Shown here: positions 19,044-28,197 of the stretch, piece by piece
Numbering within the stretch: the first letter of the stretch is position 1
Layout of the letters: every line of letters starts with the position of its first letter
Source: a virus
Taxonomy: Duplodnaviria; Caudoviricetes
Virus record (IMG/VR): IMGVR_UViG_2934156241_000002
Span: 1 to 64,000 of that record
Direction: 5' to 3' (one strand)
Length of the DNA: 64,000 nt
Translations under genes and position numbers: made by a program
The notes under the pieces: generated by a model
Told to the model about the DNA's origin: nothing
The model's input: the letters and a program-made list of their open reading frames with translations, nothing else
The model's database searches: none

Positions 19044-19580
19044 TTACAGGCTGTGGTGCAGGCGGTCGACGAGCGGGTCGTCGTGGCGGCTGTCGCGGGC
19101 CTGTTCGGCGGCGGTGCGGCGGAGGAGGAACGCGTACGTTTCCGCCTCGCTTTCGACTTGCTGGTATGCCGGGTCCTGCACCGTGTCCTGCGAGCGGGCG
19201 CGGCCGAGGAGGCACCCGCCCAGGAAGGCGGGGCTGAGGAATTCGAACGGCTGCTGCGGCTCGGCCGGCCGCGGCGCGGGCAATTCGAGCGGGGTGTGCC
19301 CGAGCTCGATGTGCCCGTTCTCGTGGCTGAGACTGTGCGTGGCTGCCGCTCCGGTGAGTGCCGGGTCCAGCCAGACCACGTCGCTGTCGGCGTTGGGTCG
19401 TTTCAGCCAGAGCGCGTTGGCGTGCAGGCCGGGTATCGGCGACGCTCCGCGCCATAGTTCAAGGGGTCGCTGGTAGCGAGCTCGCATCACTGCGAACAGG
19501 CTCTCGACCGTGAGGGGGTTGGGCACGGGGAACGCGTCGAGAGCTCGGCGGATCTTGCGGTCAGGGTGGTTGTGGATCAC
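19044..19580 (-). CDS. ImmA/IrrE-like zinc metallopeptidase
   Basis: HSLSHENGHIELGH (HExxH) and ESEAETYA; GGAG RBS before GTG. Confidence 0.75.
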   Translation of the reverse strand: MIHNHPDRKIRRALDAFPVPNPLTVESLFAVMRARYQRPLELWRGASPIPGLHANALWLKRPNADSDVVWLDPALTGAAATHSLSHENGHIELGHTPLELPAPRPAEPQQPFEFLSPAFLGGCLLGRARSQDTVQDPAYQQVESEAETYAFLLRRTAAEQARDSRHDDPLVDRLHHSL

Positions 19581-19602
19581 CGGAGTTGAACACCTTGTGA
19601 GG

Positions 19603-20115
19603 TTAGTCGGGCTGGGTTCCTGGGGCCTGCGCGTTGCTCTCCATCTGCTCGAGCTGTTCAAGCTTCTGGATGTACTGGGCGGCGCGTGTCTGTCCTGCGG
19701 GGGACAGGCGGCGTGCCGCTCGCGCCAAAACCGACACGGTCGGCGGTTCCTCCCCCTGCTCATTACGCATCAGACGACGTCTGGAGTCCACGAATCGTTG
19801 CGCCTCGTTGATCACCTTCTCTGCGGTCTCGCTGCCGATCGCGTTGAAGGTGTCGAGCGGGACCTGGAAGAAGTCGGCGAGAACCGATGCGTACTGAACG
19901 CTCGGGCTCTTGATGTCTCCCTTGCGCAGCCGACGGATGTACTCGCCGGTGATGGTCCCGGTGCCATGCCGGCGGTTGATCTCCTCCGCAACCTGCGCGT
20001 TGGTGTACTCGGTGAATTGCCCTGGTTTACCAGCGGTTTCGGTGGCGCTTGCCTCGAAGAGAAGGTTCAGGCAGTCGGCGAAGCCGCGTGTCGGGGGGTG
20101 AGGAACTTCGGTCAC
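19603..20115 (-). CDS. XRE/EspR-like HTH transcriptional regulator
   Basis: FADCLNLLF...YTNAQVAEEI...ITGEYIRRLRKGDIKSPS...LADFFQVP. Confidence 0.8.
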   Translation of the reverse strand: MTEVPHPPTRGFADCLNLLFEASATETAGKPGQFTEYTNAQVAEEINRRHGTGTITGEYIRRLRKGDIKSPSVQYASVLADFFQVPLDTFNAIGSETAEKVINEAQRFVDSRRRLMRNEQGEEPPTVSVLARAARRLSPAGQTRAAQYIQKLEQLEQMESNAQAPGTQPD

Positions 20116-20414
20116 GTTGGAGGGTTCTCTCTTGGCGGGTAGTGAGGTGGCCAACCCTAGCCGCACGTCCTCCGATCGTTGGCCAGAGCCACGATTGGCG
20201 CAACGGATAGTTTGACGATCGGGCACGGAGGCTCTTTGATGGGCGGTGATCCATCACGGAACGCGCGGTTTGTTTTGCCGCCCGGCACGGATTCGACTCC
20301 GAAGGAGATCCTCGATGTCCACGCAGAACGCCCCGTTACGACGGCGTCAAGCCTTCACGCATCACCCACGCTCGAACTAGCATTCGATATCGACTGTCAA
20401 CGGAACGGATCCGC

Positions 20415-20885
20415 GTGACGATCTCCGATGCCATACCGCACAACTGGCCCCCGCGGCGCACCGCATCGGGGGAGAAGGACAACGCCCTCAGCCTGCTCAC
20501 CGTGGAAATCTCCAGCATCGACTTCGCCATAGGTCCCGAGGCCTCGCCCGTGGAGGCGATGGAGCGGGCCGGAGCGATGGTCGCGCTGTCACTGCCACAG
20601 TTCCTCGAAGGGACCCCGGGGGCCGAGGAGACATGTGCCAACGCTCAGGCCGTGCTCACGGAGCTGGTGGACGTCACCGCCCGCAACAAGACGGGGCTGG
20701 ACCTGGTGGGCCGCGTGGCATTCGACGGTGCGCACGTGACGGTGTCGGTGGGGGACATGGGCTGTCCGCTGCCGGCGCCGGAGGCGGAACCGGGCCTCTA
20801 CCTCGTGCACCGCGTCGCGGCCGAGGTGGGACAGTACGCCGGCAACATGGGCGGCCGGGTCACCTGGGCCGCCGTTGCGGCTTGA
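20415..20885 (+). CDS. degenerate HATPase_c (RsbW-like) ATP-binding protein
   Basis: VLTELV...VSVGDMG...GLYLVHRVA...GGRVTWA; the N-box Asn is replaced. Confidence 0.6.
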   Translation: MTISDAIPHNWPPRRTASGEKDNALSLLTVEISSIDFAIGPEASPVEAMERAGAMVALSLPQFLEGTPGAEETCANAQAVLTELVDVTARNKTGLDLVGRVAFDGAHVTVSVGDMGCPLPAPEAEPGLYLVHRVAAEVGQYAGNMGGRVTWAAVAA

Positions 20886-20940
20886 ATCACGACAGCGCCC
20901 CCGGCCGGATTCCGGCGGGGGCGACCAGGGCGAGCCGTGT

Positions 20941-21258
20941 CTACAAGTCCAGCACGGCTCGGACGGCGCGCTCGACCCTCTCCATGTCCGCAGGGGTGAC
21001 GAATCCGAGAAGTTTGCCTTCCTCGAAGCGCCGGGGCCGGAACTGGTGAATGTCCGGGGCCATGACCACCCCGCGAACCGGCTCGTCGATGGGGACGGTG
21101 ACGAGTGTGTCCCGCGCGTCCTCGACTTCCTGGATCAGGGCGACGACGATGCCGCCCGGGTGAAGGCGGATCACCGCGTTGTTCTCGAGGACCAGGACCG
21201 TCCGGTCCCGGCCCACAGTGGGGACGCGCCACACAGAGCCACGCTGGATGTCGCTCAC
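20941..21258 (-). CDS. mazF: MazF/PemK-like toxin
   Basis: IQRGSVWRV...RTVLVLENN...MERVERAVRAVLDL; GTG overlaps the antitoxin stop. Confidence 0.8.
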   Translation of the reverse strand: MSDIQRGSVWRVPTVGRDRTVLVLENNAVIRLHPGGIVVALIQEVEDARDTLVTVPIDEPVRGVVMAPDIHQFRPRRFEEGKLLGFVTPADMERVERAVRAVLDL

Positions 21259-21485
21259 GCGGCGTCCTCGAGGTCCGTCTCCGCGGCCCCGAATACGTCG
21301 TCGGCCGGATCCCGGAGCCGCAGGCGCGCATACTCCAGCATCCCGTCGTTGATCAGCTTCTCCTCAAGGGCTTGCTCGACGAAGGCGGAGAAGTTGGCGC
21401 CGCCGGCGAGCTTCGCACGAGCCTCAAGCTCAGAGGGCAGCGTGATGCTGACCTTGCTTCTTGGGGGCGTCCGGGGTGTCGTCAT
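21255..21485 (-). CDS. ribbon-helix-helix antitoxin
   Basis: KVSITLPSEL...NFSAFVEQALEEKL with acidic tail, directly upstream of the toxin. Confidence 0.75.
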   Translation of the reverse strand: MTTPRTPPRSKVSITLPSELEARAKLAGGANFSAFVEQALEEKLINDGMLEYARLRLRDPADDVFGAAETDLEDAA

Positions 21486-21740
21486 GACAACCATCCTACC
21501 GGTGGGATGACTCAGGTGTAAGGTGTGATCGCCGCCACGAAAGTAGCGGCAAATACGCAGAAGGGGCGTCAACCTGGCCCGGTTGACGCCCCAACTTCCT
21601 ACCCGGTCCTCGCCAAAGGGGGTAGGGACTGCTTGGCACTGAGCATACAGGCCGCTCGGCGCGGTTCTCTGGTTCCGCGCCAGCCTGTGATACTCGAAAC
21701 GCCCCAGTTCCTGCCTCTCTGTCCGAACAGAGAGAATTCC

Positions 21741-22043
21741 ATGAGCATCGCTCACGTCAGCCAGGCCCTCAACACGACCGCCGATCTCAGCCCCGATCTC
21801 AGCCCCGCTGAACGCCTGGTTCTCGTCCTGCTCGCCGAGCACGCAACCAGCGACGGCACGGCTTTCGCGAGCATCAGCCATCTCGCCCGGCGAGCGAACA
21901 TCAGCCCGTCCACGGCCACTCGCTCCCTGCACCGGCTGACGGAAGCCAAATTGGTCCGAGCGGTCCGCGTCTCCACCACGGCCGGGGCGCCCGCCGGCTG
22001 GCACCTTCAGCTGACCGACGGCTCCACGGGGGCGCGGGCGTGA
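21741..22043 (+). CDS. small winged-HTH protein
   Basis: AERLVLVLLAEHA...SISHLARRANISPSTATRSLHRL. Confidence 0.75.
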   Translation: MSIAHVSQALNTTADLSPDLSPAERLVLVLLAEHATSDGTAFASISHLARRANISPSTATRSLHRLTEAKLVRAVRVSTTAGAPAGWHLQLTDGSTGARA

Positions 22044-23377
22044 CCATCAAGCACATCGCGATGGTGCTTGAAGCTGAAGGGATCGACGGGGCGGAGAAAC
22101 TGCTCCTGATCGCGTACTGCAACCGGACCGACGACTACGGGTACTGCTGGCCGGGCCAGCACCGTCTCGCCGACGACTGCGGCACGTCCGTGGCAACGGT
22201 CAAACGCGTCAAGAAGAGGCTCGTCGAGAAGGAGCTCATCGCCTCCAAGCGCCGCCTCGACCCGCGTACCGGCGAACCCATCACCAACCTCACCCGCGTG
22301 AACATCGAGCTGCTGGCAGCCATGAAACGCAAGCCCAGGGTCTACGACGACAACGTCATCGAGCGGATCACATTCGCTGCTGATGTGCCGCTGCCCACGA
22401 AGAAGAAGAAGAAGGCTCCCCGCACTCAAACAGACGCTGACCAGCTGAAGGCTCAAGATGAGCCCGACCCTGTGGATAACGCGGACACCCCCTCTGACCA
22501 GCTGAAGGTTCAAGATGAGCCCGACCCCGGGCCCGAGATGAGCCCGACCTCAGGTCAACTTGGGCCCGGGGTGGTGGGTAACTTGAGCCCAGGGTCAGGT
22601 CAGGTTGATCCCCTAAACCTCAGCCACCCACCAGAGAAACCTCATACAACCGTCCTTCCATCCATCCCCACCTCTGCCGACGGCATCGGGCAGAAGGACG
22701 GAATGGACGGCCAAGTCGATCCCGTACGAGTGAGAGAGCAACCGCAGGTGGTCAAGCAGTCGGAGGGCGTGAGCCTTCTGCAGGCAGTTGCGTTTCGCCG
22801 GCCAGAACTCACGCTCACCGGGAGGGTCCTGACCGATCAGGGCCTCATGGTCACCGGTCTGTTGGCCTCAGGGTGGGCTCCGCAGAACGTGATGGCGGAG
22901 CTGCTGCGCCCCCTCCCGGCTAAGACCAGGTCGGTGGGAGCGGTGATCTCCAAGCGGCTGGCAACCATGGCCAGCACTCCCGTTCCGAAGCCCATGCAGA
23001 TGCCCATGCCGCGGATGGAGGAGCCGGGTCCGGTCGTCTGGGAGCAGTACGAGCAGACGAAGGTCCATCAGCGCCAGACCGTGCCCGATCGCAGCCCCCA
23101 TCAGAGCAGCGGTTCGCACCATGGGTATGCGGCCGAGCGCTGGAAAGACTGTGCCGAGTGCTACGACCCGATCTTCACGTACACGGGCTCGGAAGTGTGC
23201 GCCAAGTGCCTGAGCTGGCCGGTGTGCAAGACCTGCTCCGTACGGGTCGCTCCTGAGGCAGCGTGCGACTTCTGTCACGTGGTGCCGGTGCAGACAAAGT
23301 TCGAGGTGTGCGAGGTCCACGGGGAGCAGTTCGTCCCAGGGACGGTCTGCTTTCAGTGCTCTGTGCCGCGACCGTGA
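22040..23377 (+). CDS. wHTH replication initiator with internal iterons and Cys-rich C-terminus
   Basis: EKLLLIAYCNRTD..GYCWPGQHRLADDCGTSVATVKR; iteron array inside the gene; multiple CxxC. Confidence 0.75.
   Translation: MTIKHIAMVLEAEGIDGAEKLLLIAYCNRTDDYGYCWPGQHRLADDCGTSVATVKRVKKRLVEKELIASKRRLDPRTGEPITNLTRVNIELLAAMKRKPRVYDDNVIERITFAADVPLPTKKKKKAPRTQTDADQLKAQDEPDPVDNADTPSDQLKVQDEPDPGPEMSPTSGQLGPGVVGNLSPGSGQVDPLNLSHPPEKPHTTVLPSIPTSADGIGQKDGMDGQVDPVRVREQPQVVKQSEGVSLLQAVAFRRPELTLTGRVLTDQGLMVTGLLASGWAPQNVMAELLRPLPAKTRSVGAVISKRLATMASTPVPKPMQMPMPRMEEPGPVVWEQYEQTKVHQRQTVPDRSPHQSSGSHHGYAAERWKDCAECYDPIFTYTGSEVCAKCLSWPVCKTCSVRVAPEAACDFCHVVPVQTKFEVCEVHGEQFVPGTVCFQCSVPRP
22437..22612 (+). repeat. putative origin: six iteron-like 12-mers and a DnaA box
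   Basis: CAAGATGAGCCC-like units at 22454, 22511, 22534, 22556, 22579, 22601; TGTGGATAA at 22471-22479. Confidence 0.7.
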
Positions 23378-23424
23378 GCAGCACTGCCTGCCCCGGAGAG
23401 GTCCGAGGCAGGCAGTGAAGGCTC

Positions 23425-23533
23425 CTTGATAACGGGCCAGGGCCCTCTTTCCCTTGGTGCTTTTCGCGCGCACAGCCCACGCGCCTCGCGGCGCGGCTGG
23501 GCAGGAGGAGGGGTGCCCTGGCCCGTTATCAAG
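23425..23533. repeat. 19-bp perfect inverted repeat with 71-nt spacer
   Basis: CTTGATAACGGGCCAGGGC (23425-23443) and its reverse complement (23515-23533). Confidence 0.8.
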
Positions 23534-23557
23534 AAGATCACTCCTCGCCCATGCCGC

Positions 23558-23797
23558 CTACCGCTGCTCCCCGCCGACTCTCATCAGGAAGGTCACCTGC
23601 GGTGTCGGCTCCGTGCGCAGTACGCCGCGGCGGCGACCCCGGCGTACTGCCGAGGTGAGGGCTTCTCTGGGAAGGCCGGCCTCGCGCAGACGGCGCGAGG
23701 CCTCCGGCATGGTGATCCACTGCCCGTAGGGCAGGTCCATCAGGAAGGCGTCGATCCCTGCGGTGGGCGCGGCGGCCGACGGCGTGCTCGTGCTCAT
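23558..23797 (-). CDS. small putative DNA-binding protein (79 aa)
   Basis: Preceded by box (23873-23890), hairpin and GAAGGAAG leader. Confidence 0.65.
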   Translation of the reverse strand: MSTSTPSAAAPTAGIDAFLMDLPYGQWITMPEASRRLREAGLPREALTSAVRRGRRRGVLRTEPTPQVTFLMRVGGEQR

Positions 23798-24041
23798 CGA
23801 GGTCTTCCTTCGCTCGGGACGTCAGAGCCCACCCGGGTGCTCTCCCGGACAGGCCTGCAGGATGGCGAGATTACAGTACAGCGGTGAGACAAAGAGGCGT
23901 CCGTCGACCGGTGACCGCCGAAACATGGCCGGATATGCTGCCAAGGCGCCATAGCGGAAGACGATCTTCCTCAAATCCCCGGGATTTCAGGCCCGTCCAC
24001 GCGACGAGCGCGATCACAGGCAGCAGGGGGGACACAACGCC

Positions 24042-24719
24042 GTGACCGACAGCACAGAAACGGTTGACCAACTCATAGCGCGCGCGGCAGCAGGGGGAAC
24101 TGACGCGCCGGCAGCCATGAGCGCCTTCTACGCCCAGCTGCACTCCACCGTGCACAACTGGGTCCGCGGCTACATCCACAACCCGCACACCGCAGAGGAC
24201 CTGTCCCAAGAGGTCTGGCTCAAGGTGGCAAAGAACATCGGTCGATACCGCCCCGGCACGAACTACATGGCGTGGCTCTCGACCATCACCCACAACACCG
24301 TCGTCGACTACCTGCGGACCTCGCAGCGGCGCCCCGTCGAGGTGCTGCACGCCGATCAGCTGCAACTCGACCGGCCCCGACCGGGCCTCACCTCCCACCA
24401 GGAAGCGGAACGCCGCCTGCTCGCCCAGGCGATCGAGACGCACATGGGCAAGCTCAAGCCCGACCAACGCCGCTGCCTCCACCTGAGATTTTTCGCTGGG
24501 TGCAATCCGGCGCATACTGCTCAGATTATGGGCAAGAGCGAAGGTGCAGTGCGCACTCTCACGCTACGGTCACTGCGCAAGCTCGCGCAGGTCCTTCCGC
24601 AGGGAGATTCCTCGACCGAGCTGGTCGAGGAACTGCTGACCATCGCAGTAGGCAGAGGAAATGTTGTCGGTATTCGGGTGCAGACACGGGGAAGGGCGAC
24701 GCATGTTGCGACGCGCTGA
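24042..24719 (+). CDS. ECF sigma-70 factor, BldN-like
   Basis: Region 2 AEDLSQEVWLKV...AWLSTITHNTVVDYLR; region 4 LKPDQRRCLHLRFF...TAQIMGKSEGAVRTL. Confidence 0.88.
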   Translation: MTDSTETVDQLIARAAAGGTDAPAAMSAFYAQLHSTVHNWVRGYIHNPHTAEDLSQEVWLKVAKNIGRYRPGTNYMAWLSTITHNTVVDYLRTSQRRPVEVLHADQLQLDRPRPGLTSHQEAERRLLAQAIETHMGKLKPDQRRCLHLRFFAGCNPAHTAQIMGKSEGAVRTLTLRSLRKLAQVLPQGDSSTELVEELLTIAVGRGNVVGIRVQTRGRATHVATR

Positions 24720-25089
24720 TGGATCTGAGCGCCTGGAGCGCGCTCTCGACGACGGACCCGTGCCCCACGACGCCGAGACGCGGCTGCTCCTGGCGGCCGC
24801 GGGCGCCCTGGCCCCCGGTTACCCCCGCAGTGCCTCCCGCGTGCAGGCGACGCACGACGCGATGATGCTCGCTTTCGAGCGGACCTTGAATCCGCTGGAG
24901 ACCCGGGCCGACGCCGGCAGCGACGACGGCCTGGACGAGACCGAGCTCCACCGCGAGGAAGTCGTTCTTCCCAGCGGCGGCCGCATAGTGATGTCCGACC
25001 TGGAGCACATCAGCCCGGAACGTCTCGAGGAAGCGACGCAGATGTACGCGGACATCCTCGAACGCAGGTCGAGGGATCACCAGTCTTGA
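24703..25089 (+). CDS. putative soluble anti-sigma factor (RsbN N-terminal-like)
   Basis: Overlaps the sigma gene; RRADGSERLERALDD...RLLLAAAGAL..P...AMMLAFE. Confidence 0.55.
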   Translation: MLRRADGSERLERALDDGPVPHDAETRLLLAAAGALAPGYPRSASRVQATHDAMMLAFERTLNPLETRADAGSDDGLDETELHREEVVLPSGGRIVMSDLEHISPERLEEATQMYADILERRSRDHQS

Positions 25090-26603
25090 GCACCCCACCC
25101 ATCGAGCGGATTGAGATCGAGGTCGGGGACGACTACCCCGTCGACGGCGCGCTGATCGAGCACAAGGGCAAGTACACGCTTCACCTGCGCCCCCTGCAGA
25201 CGCTCGAGACCGCCACACGTCACGTGCAAAACGTCGTCCCCGGCATCACCCGCGAGGCCGCGGAACGGCTCATCCGTGTGCAGTGCCCGGAGTTCCGAAG
25301 CCTCGACGACATGCTCGGCGTGACCGACACCCCGGTCCTCAGTGTCGAACGCCTGCCCGGCCCGGACGTGCTGCCGGGCTCGGAGTCGGTGGGCCGCAGG
25401 CGGCGCCGCCGAGCGGTGCTTGTCGCCGCTCTCCTCCCCGCCCTCGCGGCGAGCTGGGCCGTCGGCCGGTACACCACGGCTGCCGACTCCACAACGCACC
25501 AGGACGCCGCGGTGAGCGCGCCCGACACGGCAGCTACAGACCAAGCGCCCTTCGAGAACACACAGTTCGAGTTCTTCTCCGGATTCAGCAAGATCGAATG
25601 CGATCCGATCAGCACGCTCGAAGCCGAGTGCACGGACGCCGATGGCATGGTGATGGCGAGCAAGGCCGCCACCGGCCCGGACTCCACCATCTTCACCTTC
25701 TCCTACGGCAGCGAGCGAATAGGCCTGCGGATCTTCTACGACCCGGACTACGCGGCGACATGGGCGCGGCAAGACGGTTCACGCGAGCTGTACCCGCACA
25801 TGAAGGTCCACGGCCGCTACGTGCTGTGGGGAACCGATCCTTCTCGGATCGCGGAGTACACGGATCTCCTGCAGGAGGCCGACCGATCGGCCGGCCCGCA
25901 CGCCATGGGCGTCGCAACACCTCTTCCGCCCCGGCTCGCTGCCCTCACCCTCGGGACTCTCGGGCTGAGCAGCCACGAGGTCAACGAGATCATCGCCCGC
26001 CCCTTCAAGGCGGCGTACGACGCTCCCACCACGATGGCCGCCCGCCTCGTGCTTGGCCTGGACACCTCCCCTATGTGGAGCGGGAACGATGGCTACGACA
26101 TCGTGGCCCTGGCCCTTGGTATCGAGCCCGGCGCTAAACACAGCGACGAAGTCGTGGTCGTACCGGTGACCGGCCCTGGGACGACGTCGCCGACCACGAC
26201 CACGCCGTCGACGAGTACAAAGCCCCCGACAAACCCCGAGCCGAGCAAGCCGCCTCCGAGCACGACCGACACGGTGGTGACTCCGCCGGTGGTGACCCCG
26301 CCGGTGGTGACTCCGCCGGTGGTGACCCCGCCGGTGGCGGAAACCCCGACCCCGCCGGTGGTGACCCCGCCGGTGGCGGAAACCCCGACTCCGCCGGTGG
26401 TTGTACCGAGCACACCGGAGACCCCGACCGTTCCGCCGACGGACGAAGGAACGCCGACGGTCCCACCGGCGGACAGTGGGACGACCGACGGTCAGACCCC
26501 GGCCCCGGCCGACACCGTGACGCCGGATACTCCCACCGACCCAACCGACGAGCTCAGCGATGATCTGCTGATACTGGGGTCCGCCTGGACGGTCGCAGCC
26601 TGA
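25086..26603 (+). CDS. single-pass membrane protein with Pro/Thr-rich stalk
   Basis: Poly-Arg then hydrophobic helix; VVTPP repeats; start overlaps the upstream stop. Confidence 0.75.
   Translation: MSTPPIERIEIEVGDDYPVDGALIEHKGKYTLHLRPLQTLETATRHVQNVVPGITREAAERLIRVQCPEFRSLDDMLGVTDTPVLSVERLPGPDVLPGSESVGRRRRRRAVLVAALLPALAASWAVGRYTTAADSTTHQDAAVSAPDTAATDQAPFENTQFEFFSGFSKIECDPISTLEAECTDADGMVMASKAATGPDSTIFTFSYGSERIGLRIFYDPDYAATWARQDGSRELYPHMKVHGRYVLWGTDPSRIAEYTDLLQEADRSAGPHAMGVATPLPPRLAALTLGTLGLSSHEVNEIIARPFKAAYDAPTTMAARLVLGLDTSPMWSGNDGYDIVALALGIEPGAKHSDEVVVVPVTGPGTTSPTTTTPSTSTKPPTNPEPSKPPPSTTDTVVTPPVVTPPVVTPPVVTPPVAETPTPPVVTPPVAETPTPPVVVPSTPETPTVPPTDEGTPTVPPADSGTTDGQTPAPADTVTPDTPTDPTDELSDDLLILGSAWTVAA
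26272..26400 (+). repeat. coding tandem repeats of GTGGTGACYCCGCCG (VVTPP)
   Basis: Direct 15-nt repeats plus VAETPTPP repeats. Confidence 0.85.
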
Positions 26604-26610
26604 ACAGCCC

Positions 26611-26645
26611 GAAGGGGCCCCGGACACAAAGTCCGGGGCCCCTTC
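26611..26645. terminator. bidirectional terminator
   Basis: GAAGGGGCCCCGGAC-N5-GTCCGGGGCCCCTTC between convergent genes. Confidence 0.8.
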
Positions 26646-26661
26646 TGCATGTGCCGATCGA

Positions 26662-27105
26662 TCAGAACGGCGGATCCTGGCTTGCCCACGCATCGTCGGC
26701 GCCGGGGCGGCCCTGCGCCGCGGTGGCCTGGCGTTGCGCCCCTCCGCCCTTGGTGACCTTGGCCGTGGCGTTCTTGAGGCTGGGGCCCACGTCCTCGACG
26801 TCCAGCTCGTAGACGGTGCGTTTGACGCCCTCACGGTCCTCGTAGGACCTCTGCTTGAGTCGTCCTTGGACGACGACACGCATGCCCCGGGTCAGGGACT
26901 CCGCGACGTTCTCGGCGGCCTGGCGCCAGACGGAGCAGGTCAGGAACAGGCCTTCGCCGTCCTTCCACTCGTTGGTGTCGCGGTCGAAGATGCGAGGGGT
27001 TGAGGCGACGCGGAACTTGGCAACGGCTGCGCCGGACGGGGTGAAGCGCAGCTCGGGGTCGTCGACCAGGTTGCCGACGACGGTGATGACGGTCTCGCCT
27101 GCCAC
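26662..27105 (-). CDS. ssb: single-stranded DNA-binding protein
   Basis: [37 protein letters not shown]...DPPF. Confidence 0.96.
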   Translation of the reverse strand: MAGETVITVVGNLVDDPELRFTPSGAAVAKFRVASTPRIFDRDTNEWKDGEGLFLTCSVWRQAAENVAESLTRGMRVVVQGRLKQRSYEDREGVKRTVYELDVEDVGPSLKNATAKVTKGGGAQRQATAAQGRPGADDAWASQDPPF

Positions 27106-27158
27106 GGAGAGCCTTTCGGAGTGGGGCCCGGCCTCGGGGCGCGGGCCGGGCTGGGAGG

Positions 27159-28094
27159 TCAGGAGAAGAGCAGCTTCCAGGTCAGGGATCCGGGCAGCCC
27201 GTCAGCGTCGCCGCTGAGCTCCGTGCGGGAGAGCTGGAAGGCGCGCACGTTCTTTCGGTCCGCGTCGCTCCACTTCGGTCCCGGGCCCGACACGTAGTAC
27301 TTGCCGAACCCCTTCTTCACCAGCCGCTCACCGAGGGCGGTGATGTGTGAATTGCTCTTGCCCGGTCCGAAGTACCCGCGGCCGGGGAAGGGCGGGGCGG
27401 GCTTGGGAATCGGCGTGGGCTTCGGCCTGGCGGGTGCGCCGCCCCCGGGCGGATTCGTAGCAGTGCCTCCGACGAGCGCCTTGGCCTTGGCCAGGATCTT
27501 GGCGAAGGGGATGTTCCCGGGGTCTCCGTGGTAGTTCTCCGGGGCGTGGAGGTGCCCGCAGATGCCCCGGAACTTGTTCCACTCGGCGAACGTCATGCGG
27601 GCTGACGTCTTGCCGTAGGAGGACGGGTAGGCCGGCCACTCGGACGGGCCGGAAAGCGGGATGGCGAGGTTCTTGTGCATCCACGCGATGAGCTCGGCGA
27701 GTGCGTCGTAGCACCACTCGGGGGCGGCCGGCCAGTAGATGTAGTCGACGCCCGCCTTCAGCTTGCCCCACGTCTTGGCGTGCTTCGGGTCGCAGGTGCC
27801 GACGAGTTCGAGCTGTACCACGTTGAGGGTGTTCGTCTCGACGCCGCCCGGGGCGTTGACCAGGGCGCGCGCGGATCGGTTCAGCGCGAAGTGCTGGTAG
27901 GCCGTGAACTTCCTGGTCTTGATGTTCGGCAGGACGGTCAGGTTCGGGGCCTCGGCGCCGTTGCTGTAGCTGACGACGCTGGTTCCTTCGGTGGTGTGCA
28001 GGGCGAGGACGTTGGGGTCCATCAGGTCGCCCTTGTACGTGTCGCCGTACCAGTGAGTCCCGCGGATGGCGCCCGGGTACAGGGTGGTGGTCAT
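27159..28094 (-). CDS. endolysin: amidase_2-like domain plus peptidoglycan-binding domain
   Basis: [27 protein letters not shown]; Pro linker; [14 protein letters not shown]...RAFQ. Confidence 0.85.
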   Translation of the reverse strand: MTTTLYPGAIRGTHWYGDTYKGDLMDPNVLALHTTEGTSVVSYSNGAEAPNLTVLPNIKTRKFTAYQHFALNRSARALVNAPGGVETNTLNVVQLELVGTCDPKHAKTWGKLKAGVDYIYWPAAPEWCYDALAELIAWMHKNLAIPLSGPSEWPAYPSSYGKTSARMTFAEWNKFRGICGHLHAPENYHGDPGNIPFAKILAKAKALVGGTATNPPGGGAPARPKPTPIPKPAPPFPGRGYFGPGKSNSHITALGERLVKKGFGKYYVSGPGPKWSDADRKNVRAFQLSRTELSGDADGLPGSLTWKLLFS

Positions 28095-28197
28095 GGTGCT
28101 TCCTCCGGTGCTGGTGGGCAGGGGAGGAGCACCGTGTCGGGCTCCGGTGGTTAACGTCGCGTCGTGCTGGACCAGGTCCTGGCGGTGGACAACGGAG

